A DNA stretch of 64,000 nt from Lingula anatina (taxonomy: Eukaryota > Animalia > Brachiopoda). Numbering within the stretch: position 1 is the first letter of the stretch; the number at the start of each line of letters is the position of its first letter. Of the stretch, positions 12,401 to 24,813 are shown one piece after another. The stretch covers positions 42,200,788-42,264,787 of the forward strand of contig CM120640.1 in NCBI GenBank assembly GCA_051362555.1, read 5' to 3'. The translations under genes were made by a program, and so were the position numbers. Below the pieces are notes generated by a model that worked only from the letters and a program-made list of their open reading frames with translations, did no database searches and was not told the DNA's origin.

Positions 12401-13419
12401 AGTAGAAATTGGTAATATGGTCAAATAATTTTAACAAATGATGCTATAAAAACCACCTAAAGGGCGTCCCACACGACGCTTCATTATGGTTATATACATT
12501 GTGAATTTAGTGTCAAGCTTGGTAAAATTCCAAAAATGGGTTTAAATTTGCGCTATATACAGCGTTTTGAATGTATGGGAGGTTTAAATGTTGAAATGGG
12601 TCTACAACGGATTTCATCAGTTATGCATAGAATTTAGGCTTGCAGTAATACATGTATTGTAAAATTGTTGTAGAAAAGTTCTGCGTTTTAGTAGTTTTGA
12701 AATAAGTCTTAACGTGAAACGTTTTCAAAACTTGTTATCATGTACATATTTCATGTTTACTATGTACTCCTTTTGCTTCCAGAAAACGTAACAAGAACAT
12801 AATATCCTCCCTAATGTAACGTCACATTAACAGCAACAGTTTTGGTTTCCCTGACCTCGTAATGCGCTTTGAGAGTATCGTTGCCTTTTTTAAAGTGCGT
12901 CAACTTTTTGATCAAGCGTGACGCCCGACAATGGCTCTGTGTTATGTAATTTTGGGAGTGGTTTCCTAAGTAAAATACAAATCACACAGGGGATACGTTA
13001 TGTGCAGAAATTATGAAATAAGTAAATTGTTATTACTCCCCTTTTACATAAAAAATAAATCTTGAGCTCACCTCATAAGCGCTTGTCACCTTAAGCCGAA
13101 AAAATATCGGCAAGAATAAGTGCGCGGCCACGGGGATGACCAATAAGTAGCCAAAGGCTATCCACAGGTACTGCGTTCCATATACGTACATCTCTTTCGG
13201 AGTCCCTAGCAATGTTATGGCGGACATGAAACTGGCCAGCAAGGACATGGCTGCGGGTATTGCCCCCATCTTTCTGTTGGCCATCAAAAATTCATCTGTT
13301 GTTCTCTGATGACCGCCGGTGAACGCCTGGTATATACCTATGCTGGCAGAGACAACCAAAGTCCCAGCAAACACCACGTAGTCCACGGGTCCAAAAGTGT
13401 TCACCTGAGCCCGCGGCAT
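6481..13419 (-). CDS. SLC5 sodium/solute symporter of the SMCT/SMVT/NIS (SLC5A5/6/8/12-like) subgroup; 13 coding exons in the window, last exon(s) beyond position 1
   Basis: GT-AG, phase-consistent exons: 13419-13072, 12275-12210, 12009-11958, 11715-11648, 10366-10212, 10015-9875, 9615-9486, 9193-9105, 8980-8865, 8445-8378, 7485-7399, 7117-6900, 6581-6481 (546 codons). Motifs [64 protein letters not shown]. Confidence 0.95.
7660..7834. mobile_element. Partial copy of the Kolobok-like MITE at 22233-22570
   Basis: About 170 bp similar to 22385-22570, ending GAAGAGTGGTAATCCCT followed by TTAA. Confidence 0.65.
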
Positions 13420-14596
13420 TGTGAATAATGTCTAAATATCTACAAAGAAAAGAATTCAAGAGAAATGGCGACAACTTGAATTACAAATTTTTCTTGTGTT
13501 TTGTTATTTAGACAGAATAGAAGTATATTCAGCGTCTGAGCTATTAGGTCGACTTATTGACAAAGTCCTATTGGCATATTTTTTATATCACATCACCCAC
13601 TATGAATCGAATAATTAATCTCCACCACATTAACGCATACTTAACGTCACAATGTTGTTGTCAGTTCGTTCTTAAATCACGAATTATACGCATTCATAGC
13701 TGTGCTAGTTACTTTATAAATATAAAATTCTGAATAAAAAGGTGTCCTACATTGTGGTACAGAAAACCCAGTCTGAACTCACTTTTTCATTCTTTCAGGT
13801 ATTGTGTGGTTACGTAAAGACTTTATAAGACCTGTCTATGTAGGTAGTTTACTAGCACTACAGGCTAACTGGGTGACGACATGCGCCTTCATAGCACCTT
13901 CAGATAAAGCCCAATTCAGTTACTGAAAATGCCACGGAAATATCAGGAAAAAATAAGTCCTTGTCTTGAAGGCAAAAATATATATATCCTACCTTCAATG
14001 TATCATATCCTAGATTACAAAATTCTAGTCTTTTTATCGAAAATAATCCAAACTTCTATGTTGACCCCACCTTGCTACCTCGTTTTAAAGAGATCCCCAT
14101 CATTTCATACCCAAAATAACAAACACCTGTAAATTTAAATTGTGTAATTCTATCCCAAAACGATTCATCCATGAGATCCCTGGGTAAGACTTCAGTTGCA
14201 CACCCCAGGCGTGATCATGATTGTTCGATACGGGTGACCTTCTTCCATGAAAACCTAATTGTCTGGGGGAACATTGTCAAAAATAACAACCACTTGTCTG
14301 GGACTAAAACTTGTATCTTTGTCTCAAAATGTTTTACCATCGCTAACACGTTTAGTATGCCAAGTATATATATAATCCCATAATATGTTTTGGCGTCTCG
14401 TTGTAAACGGCCCCATATAATCCTTGCACAACCTTAGTAAAAAATACAGGTGAACACTGAAGGGCTGCGGTGTGACATGCATTTTTTTTCAATATTATGA
14501 ACTGGAGATACATGTAAATGTTTTTATGTCTATATGTATAGCGGAGAATATATTAGTTTTTTATGTTGGCGCTATATGTTACAGGACACAGTCTTT

Positions 14597-14613
14597 GGGT
14601 GGTGGTGGTGGCG

Positions 14614-14644
<31 letters not shown>

Positions 14645-14680
14645 CGTGCGTGCGTGCGTGAGTGTGTGTGCGTGTGTGTT
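14597..14680. repeat. Compound (GGT)n/(GT)n/(GCGT)n microsatellite
   Basis: Direct reading. Confidence 0.9.
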
Positions 14681-15655
14681 GTGTAGGGTAGTCCATGCAC
14701 AACTGTATATTTAAAAGTAGTGAGCCAGGAATCTGGACAATGAAAACGGCGTTGATATATTGAAAGAATGACGCCGAAAGCCACCAAGAGAGAGGTCATT
14801 CCTTGCATGAATGCTGTGAACTCATTGACAACAAGGTGCGCTAGCAGTCTGCTACAAAAGCATTGTACTATAATTTTGTGCACTATTTTAGAAGCCCCTA
14901 ATATCGGAAGGTCAATGCTGTGACTGTGCGCATATTCAGGGCAAGATGTTTGATAGATACAAGTACGGTAACAGACGTCCATGCAGCATACGCTGTAGAA
15001 TAAGTAAACTTGAATAAAAACTTTTACCCTTCAAAATATACTAGTAAGTAACCTACTGGTACTGACAATTAACAAACATCAAAACTAATGGGATTGCTCT
15101 CCCTAACTGCAAACTTCGTAGGTACACCAGCAGTCAATATTAAATGCCCTGCAGGGAGTTTTATGAATGAAATAAACGTGTGTGAACAAACGTATGGAAC
15201 AGTCGCCCGTAAACTCTACGTTCGTTATAGACCTGTACACAGCGAAACGATGATTTTCCTGGGAAAAAACCAAACCCTTTTCCTTTGTCACCAAAGTACA
15301 CTAAATTAAAAACCGATGGCGGAATATCGATCTACTAACCGGTTGTTTTAAATAAGTTTTGAGCCACTATCGTAATGGAGATAGGGGACTGGTGAAATCC
15401 ACTGGTAACGACGAATAATAGCAGTTAAAAAGTCGAGAACGAGTTAGCATATCGTTCTTTCTCAAAGGTTTTGGATAGGGTATACATGTGAAAGACACAT
15501 TTGTCTTGAAACTGAAAACTATGTAGATAGGTTTTTTATTTAGGTTAAACTTTTAAAGCATATTATACAGTGTTTAATATGCAAAGCGAAGCAGAATGTA
15601 CTAGAATACAAATAAAGATGTTACTATTACAAATCTGATAAGCAACTTCACTTAC

Positions 15656-15780
15656 CGCTCGACCCAATGAATTTCTCAGATCTTAGATGCTGTCTGTCGT
15701 AAGTACGCTGAAAATGTATTGTAAATGTCCGCGCCTCGTAAATCCAGCTGGAATGATGCTCTCAATAATGACCAGAAACT
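15656..15780 (-). other. Candidate non-coding first exon of the SLC5 gene (5' boundary uncertain)
   Basis: The ATG exon has an acceptor at 13439, so an upstream exon is needed. Consensus donor G|GTAAGT lies at 15656, with CRE-like TGACGT sites at about 15904 and 15939. Confidence 0.35.
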
Positions 15781-17139
15781 ATATCAAAAATACATGCTGA
15801 ACAAGATCTATTAGGCTCAAATGGGGTTGCTCTACCAATCAACGATTGGAATAGAACGTCTGTTAGCCCAAATGAACACTAAATAGCCCAGCCCCTTCAG
15901 TGGTGACGTATTCTGCTTCCTTCAACCCAGCCAATTATTGACGTACAAGTTTACGTGACTATGGAGGTCAGCCACAATGAAGTGAATGGAAGGTGTCTCA
16001 GTTAAAAAATAAACACACATATAAAAAAGAGAATGCACCCACGGTAAGAAAAGGTAGTAAGACTAGTCACACCATACTGAGTAAATGACAACAATCTCCC
16101 ATCCCTCTTTTGCATATACCTAGAGTGTAACGAAATATTCCTAAATCAGTTATATTTTCTGCTCATTTTTGTGTTATATTCCTGCGGTATAGTGATATCT
16201 AATAGCTAATTTAATTCAGTGGCTGCTAAAGAAGCAATCGAGGGAGCATATTTAATATCATTTGCCATTGTTCACCTGTTTCAAGGCTAGTCTGTAATAC
16301 GGTCAGATATAATATAATGTAGGTGTTATGATAATGCGAAAAGCAAAGTGCTCGTAAATTTGTACATGTGCTTGATGTAATAACTAGGCTCAACATCTAA
16401 AACTAAAACATTTTATAACAATAATAAGGCATCATGATATACAGTATGTATCAGAAAATGTAGGAAAACGCAAAATGTATTTGATGATATATAATCACTA
16501 TGCCGTCTAAATTTGGTAAGATTAACAAGAAAAGAGAGAAAGAAAAAAGGTAAAATACACGTAAAAGCATATGGCTTAAAACGGCCTGCTTAAAACATGT
16601 ATTTGTCATCAAGAGGTCGAGAAAAAACTCATTTTGCTATTTGAGCAATAGGAAATCTTCTCGCTCCCATCACTCTTAACGAAGTGCGTACATACATGTA
16701 TCTCTCTAGATTTCCGGCATGTACGTACTTGTCCAATGTAGAAATCTCCAATTCCTGTTATATGTTAATTTTGAATTCGTATATAAATGGCTGAATAAAC
16801 TCTTATCATGTATTATGATCGTTACTGTCCGAAATATTGAGATAATGTGATTGAGATGCCGAAGTGTTTGTTAGCCTCTCAAAACACAATTGTAAAATCT
16901 TTGCACAGCTAATACAATTCACCACCATAGTTACTGCATCTCAACATAAGGGCATTCAACAATGCAGGGATTTCCTTGTGCTGCCCACCGCCGTATAAGT
17001 GCGTATAGGAAAAGTGTTTTAAGAAAGGTTGTGATAGAAGTCACACTTGTATAGGAAAAAAATAAGTTTACCATATAATGGGCTGATTTACAAATAAAAT
17101 AAGGATTTCTCATAGAAATTTAAACTAGAAAAAAAATTA

Positions 17140-18524
17140 CACACACTGGACAAAAGAAGTGTCACCCCTACTGTGCCAATACTATGGGGGAGATAAATGA
17201 CTGTGGAATGATATGCTCCTGGTATCATTTTATTAACATCAAATTTCACAAAAAATCACAAAATGAAAACAAAATTTACATTCTACCAAAATATGCAGTT
17301 TCAAGTCCAAAATTAGTACTTAGTGGCATAACCACGTGACCTAATAATAGGTGCCAGTCTACGAAGCAAGGTTTCATATAATTGTCTGATGCGTTCAGGG
17401 CTTATGCTGGCCCAAGCATGAAACACTGAATATAACAGAGTTTCTCTGCTGATAAGACGGGCATTTGTCAAAAGTTTTGACATATCATTCCACACATTTT
17501 CTATTATGTTTGCATCCGGACTCTGGGCAGGCCACATCACCCTGCGAATGTCCTGTTGGTCAAACCAATCATCAACTGCTCTGGGCCTGTGACAAGGAGC
17601 ATTGTCATCCTGGTGAACAAATGGATAATTCCTGTCACCAAACATGTCAGTAATAGATGGTAGCAAGCCTGACTCCAAAACATCGATATATTTCTAGTGA
17701 TTCATGTTTCCATTAACCACTATCAATTCGCTCAAGCCATGGATGCTGATGCAGCCCCACACCATGATGAATATGCTGCTCCGGGTTCGAAAATTCAGTG
17801 CATGTGGTTCAAATGCTTTACGATCAGTTTGCCAGCATAGTACCCGTCTGTCATCAGAGGTCAGACCAAAGCGACACTCATCAGAAAAATATATAGGACC
17901 AATTGTCATGAACTGTCCAGTTCCAGATCCTGTTGACCCTAGTTTACTCTACGTTGCCTGTTTTGTAACGATATAAGAGGTTTCAGTCTTGCTACCCTGC
18001 TGTACACTCTCTGAGCATGTAACCGATGCCTAGCAATTTTCACATACACATTCTTATGTGTGAAATTGTTCCACTTTGTTGTCAACTGACAAGCAGTGTC
18101 GAACTTTGACAACCTGGACATCAAAATCAGTCGTCGGTCTTCACGGCCAGTATTTTTTCTTGGACGACCCATCAGAGGCAATTTGTCTCTTGATCCAGTG
18201 TTTCTATACCGAGACCAGACCCTCTGCACGGTTCTGACTGAACAATTCAATTGTATCGATATTCTGACATTGCTTATATTCCGCCTCTTCAGGTTAACAA
18301 CTTGCACCTATAACCGTTAGATAATTGCCTGTATCTTGCCATATTGGACGAAGACAGGAATAACATTTGCTGTACATGTACAAGACCAACAATACAATTC
18401 AATGGTATAGCGGTTTTATACTCATTAGTCACATTATAAGTAGACCAGGCATTATAAATACCCAAGATCTGCCTACTTTTATTACTCTGAGTTAGGGGGT
18501 GACACTTCTTTTGTCCAGTGTGTG
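17140..18524 (-). mobile_element. Tc1-family DNA transposon (1385 bp) with a disrupted transposase
   Basis: About 29-bp TIRs CACACACTGGACAAAAGAAGTGTCACCCC and a TA TSD. Transposase remnants at 18342-17313: HTH, GRPRK, FSDE, HQDDNAPCH, SPDANIIENVW (DD34E), with frameshifts and stops. Confidence 0.95.
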
Positions 18525-20292
18525 TAAGTGTATATGGTGTAAAAGCACACTTAAGTAAGTTACTTTAGGTTGATATTAAATATAACTGCTAATCCACTAT
18601 GGCACCTGATTTTCACACGATAAAAATGAATCACGAAACTTGTCTACATTACTTGAGAAGATATGGACACTTTCAATTTTGGATACAGAACCAGCGTTGC
18701 TGTTCCTCAGTTAGCTTTTTTTCATGGATTGAAGATGGTTGCCGAGAACATTTCTTGTCATACATTTATGAGATGGTAAAGTAAGAGGTTCGTATTTCAC
18801 ATGGACCCGAGAATTCCGAAATTGACTTTTCCTCAAAAAGCGCATGCAAACCGAATAATTTGCGGAATAGGACTTTTCAGTAAAATTGTGCATTTGTATA
18901 CGAAATATTCAAATTTTTCACGAAATTTTAGTTGTGTCTGGTAACATTGGTTTTAAAATAATTACCGAGGTACTCCTCCAAACTACACTGTACTTGAACC
19001 ATTCATGTTTATCGAAATATTTTTACATGTAGCATCGCAGTTTGTAATTAACACATGGTAGAATAAGCGATATTCTCTTCACTTTCAACGGGCCAATAAC
19101 TATCTTCATTTTTGCATAGACCAGTTGACTGTATTTTGTGTTGCTACATTTATATTTATAATCAGTAAATAGTTCTGTGCCTGTCCGTATGTTTTGATGC
19201 TTTGTTTATTTTGGTTGAAGAAGGTCGTAACCCGACGTTGTCAAGAAATGAGGTTATCTCTTCATAAAATAAGTACTTGTCAGTAGTGCCCAAGTTTCCT
19301 TACAAAAGGATTTTTTGACGTTAATGCCCATTTTGGCACCTGAAAACAAAGGAATCTGTTTTAACCCGACACACCCTGTCAATTAGGGCGTTTCTTTCAA
19401 AAGAAAAACATTCGTGCATTTTTTTTTTACTTTTTATAGAATGATGGCCTTTTTCTTAAATACCTGGATTCTCACATTATCTGCAATTGTAGTTTAAACC
19501 ACTGGTCTTGAAATTATAGGTTGTTCATGTTTATCGGCACTGTTGTGGTTAGGAGTTCCTTCTACAGGGTAATTACAAGGGGAAGGTTGAATAAACATTT
19601 ATTCTAGTGCTAGTCCAAGTTAAAAAAATCTTCAACAGATTTTGGCGGAAACCCAAAACGACTTTCCCACCTTGTCAAAATATCGCTAGTGGTTTGGTAG
19701 GTCTCCTTTATATTTTCCCATGAGCATTTTAAGATCAACGAAATTTGTCGCTAACGTTTCGAAACAAAATCTTTACATCTTTTCGTATGTATACTTTTGT
19801 ACGTTTTCGAGGGAGTGCTTTCTTCATTTTATTTCATTTTTGTTGCTTAAGAAAAAAGTTCGAGCTAGAGAAGCACTAAGTCAGCTCAGACATTCACCAA
19901 GACACAGCTCCTTTCCCATTATTTATTAATTAATGATTGTAGAAATACCAAAAGTGAAATTTATAAATTTCCTCCCATGACTTTTGAGTTCGGCTGTTAA
20001 ACCATATGCCACATTAGTCATAAATGCTCATACTGTAACTGTATAAGTGTAAAAGAAAAAAAAAGAAATCATGATCAAATCAAACACCCGCGGCACCACG
20101 TAGCACGAAAAAAGACAGTTATTATATGGTATAAAAGATAACTATAAAAGGATAACCCGATTAAGATACAATACTGATTAAGATAAATTACCTTACATAC
20201 CACTGGTTAATATTTTACATGTATAGATAAGTTTCCAATACACAACAACAGTTCATAATATTTTAAATTGTTGTTGGAAGCAGCCCAACTTA

Positions 20293-20564
20293 GCGAGCAT
20301 TCACATCGAGAAGAGCCGAGGTCTAGTTAGGCCGCGACCTAAATATGGCGGACCTACATGAAAGGAAGACCGCTAATCCTGTTAATCTTCACCACTTGTC
20401 GTCGCTGCAGGAGCACAGTAATTAAATCTCAGCTCAATTCAACCGGTCGAGGGACAACGCGTGGAGAAACCATTAAAAGATTAGTGGTCTTCCTTTGATG
20501 TAGGTCCGCCATATTTAGGTCGCGGCTTTACTAGACTTCGGCTCTTCTCGATGTGAATGCTCCC
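20293..20564. mobile_element. PIF/Harbinger-type MITE (272 bp)
   Basis: About 90-bp TIRs (G(C/G)GAGCATTCACATCGAGAAGAGCCG...) and a 3-bp TTA TSD. Confidence 0.85.
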
Positions 20565-20888
20565 TTATTTATAGCATATCTATGCACAATTTATATAAAC
20601 GACATTTAACCTCATTTAACTTGTGTAGACCAACAATATTAACACCCGATGTGAATTATTTATGTAACATTTTAATTGCGACTTTAAGTGAAGGTTCTAA
20701 ATACATTAAAACCAATGAGTTAAACCAAAGTAAAGAGGCCTATATACTGAATGAAATGAAATCCTATAACCCTATTCATTTCATCCGCCGTTTGCCTGGA
20801 TCATCGAAGTATATGTTACGATCGTCAAAGTAGCACTCTTTAAATGTCTTTCCGTGACTTCGTTCAAATTCTTCTTTTTCGCATCTCA

Positions 20889-21934
20889 TTAAATTATTTG
20901 GGTGCAACTTCTCTGAAAAATGAAATATTTACGTAACAATACAAAAAATCAGATTCAGAATCCAGTTAAATAGTCCAGAACTTAATTATATGGGTAGATG
21001 ATGATGATGATGATGAATGAGGAAGGTTAGGTGAAAGGTAAAAGCACACTGACAGACTTTGAACTTGAACTAATAAAATAGCTGTACGGCTAAGGTACGG
21101 CTTGATAAATGAGCTACATGTGTTCTTTGACAAAAAGGGAAATAATTTTATCACAAACGGTTATTTATTTACCCATTAACAACAACAATTGTCAAAGATA
21201 AATCTAATATTATTAAAATAATGATAAAAAATGATATAAGCACCGACGATGGTGCTGATAATAACAAATTTAAAAAGAAATAAGTCTATCAGAAACATTA
21301 AATGATAGTTGACAAACCTCTCCATCAATATTAAGATACTATTCGTAATAAATGTTTGGCGTCTTTGAAATGGTTACAAACCATATGTGACTGCACAATT
21401 TAATTTTTTTGAGATAACAGTGTGGAAATAGGTCATTTGTGCATCTTGCTTTTCTCTGTTCAAAACTTTATCATTGTGACTGAGATATAGAGCGATCATG
21501 TGAAGAATTTTTTATCTCATATTCTGAGATGTTTTACAATATTCTATGAAACAGTTATCATCAAAACGCTTAGCTTTTTTTACATTTACACATTTAGTAT
21601 TATACTTAATTTTAAAATACAATGATAGACGTAAGTACTTACAGAGTAAGGACCGGTGTTCAGCGTACAATAGCATTTGTTGTTACCACAGCAGCCTCTG
21701 TAGCGAAATGTGAAAAAAAACCAGCCGGTGGGGGGATATGCGTTGTTGCACAAAGTTGTGCAGGGATTCACACTGACAGCAAACTGCGGCAAAGTGCCAA
21801 AGAAGTCTTCTTTAATGAGCTGAGAAGACGGGGAACAGCTATAAGGGGGCACTGAAATAAAATGATGAAGGATCATTCTTCATTCCTCAATCTTTAGTTT
21901 ATCATCGGTGGTAGTAGTCTACATAACACACGCG

Positions 21935-21981
<47 letters not shown>

Positions 21982-24675
21982 TCTTACTTATTTGCATTAA
22001 GAGTTGACGCGAATAACAAACAGGTGTCGTTCAGAAACTAAATGTTTAACTTACTACCCGTTAACTTTCAAATATTATGCTTTAGACAAAGTCTGCCACG
22101 AAACGTTTGTTAATAAATTGGTCGGTTAAAAGAATTTCCTCCTACAATGTACCTGTAATTTGATTTTTTTTAAATTACAATTGCCGTAGAAATTAGTGTA
22201 AAGCTTTATTTTCAAACAAATATATACGTTAAAGGGATAATAACTCTTCGTATGAAATCTATATTTCACAATAAAAACATTGTGAATAACTCATAGAAAT
22301 ATAAAATATTCTGTTTTATGACGAAAACAGCAGTTATAGCTATTACTCTGATATCTGAGCTTGTCTTCAGATCACGTGACCTCCATTGATGGCTATACTC
22401 TGTTATAATCTCTTAAGAGATTTTAACAAAAAACCAAACTTTTTAGAAAAAAAACCAGGGACTAACTTTGAATGTAAAAATGGATTCATCAACCATTGGT
22501 AAGTATGGGGAAATTGTTGTTTACTCCAGGAAAATTCATTTTTTGGCCAAAACGAAGAGTTATTATCCCTTTAAGTGTCGTGATATTTAATCAAACAGCG
22601 CATGCAAAACAAGGTCTTAAAAGTTACGACTCACATGTAGTGGGGGCGGTGGTGGTCGACGGGGTTGTAGTTGTCTCCGTGGTTGTTGACGTGGTAGTGG
22701 TAGTTTCCGCGGTTGACTCGGTAGTGGTAGGAGCAGTGGTTGTTGACTCGGTAGTGGTAGGAGCAGTGGTTGTTGACTCGGTAGTGGTAGGAGCAGTGGT
22801 TGTTGACTCGGTAGTGGTAGGAGCAGTGGTTGTTGACTCGGTAGTGGTAGGAGCAGTGGTTGTTGACTCGGTAGTGGTAGGAGCAGTGGTTGTTGACTCG
22901 GTAGTGGTAGGAGCAGTGGTGGTTGACTCGGTAGTGGTAGGAGCAGTGGTTGTTGACTCGGTAGTGGTAGAATCAGCGATGGTGGACTCGGTAGTAGCAG
23001 GTTCGGTGGTTAACTCGGTAGTTGTAGAAGATGCTGTGACAATTAAGAAATGTCACTTGTGATTTTCATCATGCTCGTAAGCATCTATTTGGTCCGAGTC
23101 GAACGGTCATTAGTATAGTTAAAATGCCGGGGGAAATATTACTTTTACACTGCAACTTGGTTATTACATATATGTTAGTTTCACGTGGTATATACAGTAT
23201 TATTAGATAATATAAGCAAATAGTTTAGATAATATAAAATAATATAATATAATATAAGAATATTAATTAATTAGAGAATTTTAATTAAAATTAAGATATA
23301 ATAAGAAAAATAATAAAGCTCTTACCAGTTGTGGTCGCTGTGCAGATTGAACACTGAAACAATTAAGTAATATCATCTAGAGACTAAGTTTGCATTTTGT
23401 CACGCTAGTAATGAAATGATTGTTTGTAGAACAATCGAATGTCTTCATTTTTAAGGACAGAGAATGCAAATTTCTGTGTGAAGACAATCCGAGTTTGGTA
23501 AACATTTACTTTTTCACATTGGAACTTCATATTTCATATCACATATAGTCAATAATGCATCTGTGCATATTGTCAAAACGGCGAATAGGCCAACTAAACT
23601 GCGTTGATATTTGAGGTAAAGTTTGACCGCTGACTCTTATGGATTTAAAGGACTGTTTCCTCCAATATTTTACTCACTTCTTCTCTTATCATTTTTATTC
23701 ATTATCACCTATAACATAAATTCATTATTATCAATATATATAAACTTACAGGAGAAGGTGTCAAAAAGACATAGCAGGTACACCTGTTGGCACACGCTTC
23801 AATCCCACAGCACCCAGTAAATATAGGGAAAACAGTAAAACATGCTGTCACGCAGTCACTTTCTGAAGTGGTGGTGATGGTGGTGACGGTGGCCGTGTCG
23901 TAAAAATACAGCTTTGAGCAATCTAAGGCAACATTAAATACAATAAAATATGAGAAAATTCATACGCAAATATATTTAAATCCGACTTGAATGATATCTA
24001 TGCGAAAAAGATACAATTAAAAAGACAGTTGTGGCAAATAACAGAAAAAATTAACCACATTTTTCTCAAGAGGCATCACAGATTTTGGCAAGATCCTTTG
24101 AACTGAAAATACTGCATACTTTCTCATAAATGTATATTTGTATATAAATTTTGTTACTTTTTTGTTTGACAAGTAATGATATTTCATATTTTTGACATTC
24201 AAGGTGTTTTGATAGATACATTTTTACCTGAAGATGCTGTTACGGCGGTTGGTGGAACTTAAAAAAAGATAAAATATATAAAAATATATTCTCACGAACA
24301 CACTTCAATGCGAATATTGGCCATTGAAAAAGAAAATCATTTTTAGAATAGTCCACATTTCTTCTTCAATTTTCATGATTGTGTTTTGGTACAAATTGGA
24401 GTTTTAAAATTATTGCAATAAAGTTCGAAATATACATGAGGAAAACCCATAAAGTTCTAAGGTGTACGTCGCAAAAAAATATTCGATTTACTCTATTTTA
24501 GCACTTCGTCTATACAATAAGTTCAAAATTCATGTTTTACAACTAACCGAAAAAGAAAATGGCAAAGAATATTAAATAGTTAAAAGCAATTTAGAAAAAA
24601 CGTTGTTACTTTCTATTTCAAGTACTCACCCAATGTTACACAAACGTAAAAAAGATTAACAAGAAGCACGAACAT
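20889..24675 (-). CDS. Gene A: secreted Cys-domain / mucin stalk / Cys-domain protein, about 302 aa, family not recognised
   Basis: Seven GT-AG exons: 24675-24630 (MFVLLVNLFYVCVTL), 24257-24228, 23922-23750 (CSKLYFY...DCVTAC...GCCGIEACANRCTCY), 23353-23326 (CSIC), 23033-22635 (ESTTTAPTTT repeats), 21851-21643 (...NPCTTLC...YRGCCGNNKCYC), 20912-20889 (RSCTQII*). 909 nt in frame, same exon pattern as gene B. Confidence 0.85.
21925..21979. repeat. (CG)n(CA)n microsatellite in an intron of gene A
   Basis: Direct reading. Confidence 0.9.
22233..22570. mobile_element. Kolobok-like MITE (338 bp) in intron 5 of gene A
   Basis: 19-bp TIR AGGGATAATAACTCTTCGT with TTAA on both sides and purine-purine termini. 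Confidence 0.8.
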
Positions 24676-24745
24676 TTTTCCTGAAATATGTATGTGTAGC
24701 TGAAAAAATAACTGACTCTGTGCCGAATGAAAAACTGACCAGTTT

Positions 24746-24813
24746 CTTATATAGTCCATACCGGCATACAAATGCTGATTAGCTGAACACGCCCACTTTC
24801 TTGCTTATAAACG
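24746..24813 (-). promoter_or_regulatory. Gene A core promoter: TATA box plus GC/KLF-like box
   Basis: TATATAAG at 24753-24746; CACGCCCACTTTCTTGCTTATAAACG at 24788-24813 is conserved with gene B. Confidence 0.65.

Noticed and set aside
21895-21920. Possible extra Thr-coding micro-exon in gene A intron 5
   Set aside because: It gives a stop in the required phase, has no donor, and has no counterpart in B or C.
22496-23062. Val-rich ORFs (VVVDS repeats), also at 43053-43661 and 57146-57418
   Set aside because: They are antisense shadows of the Thr-rich mucin exons; the splice sites and gene context are on the other strand.
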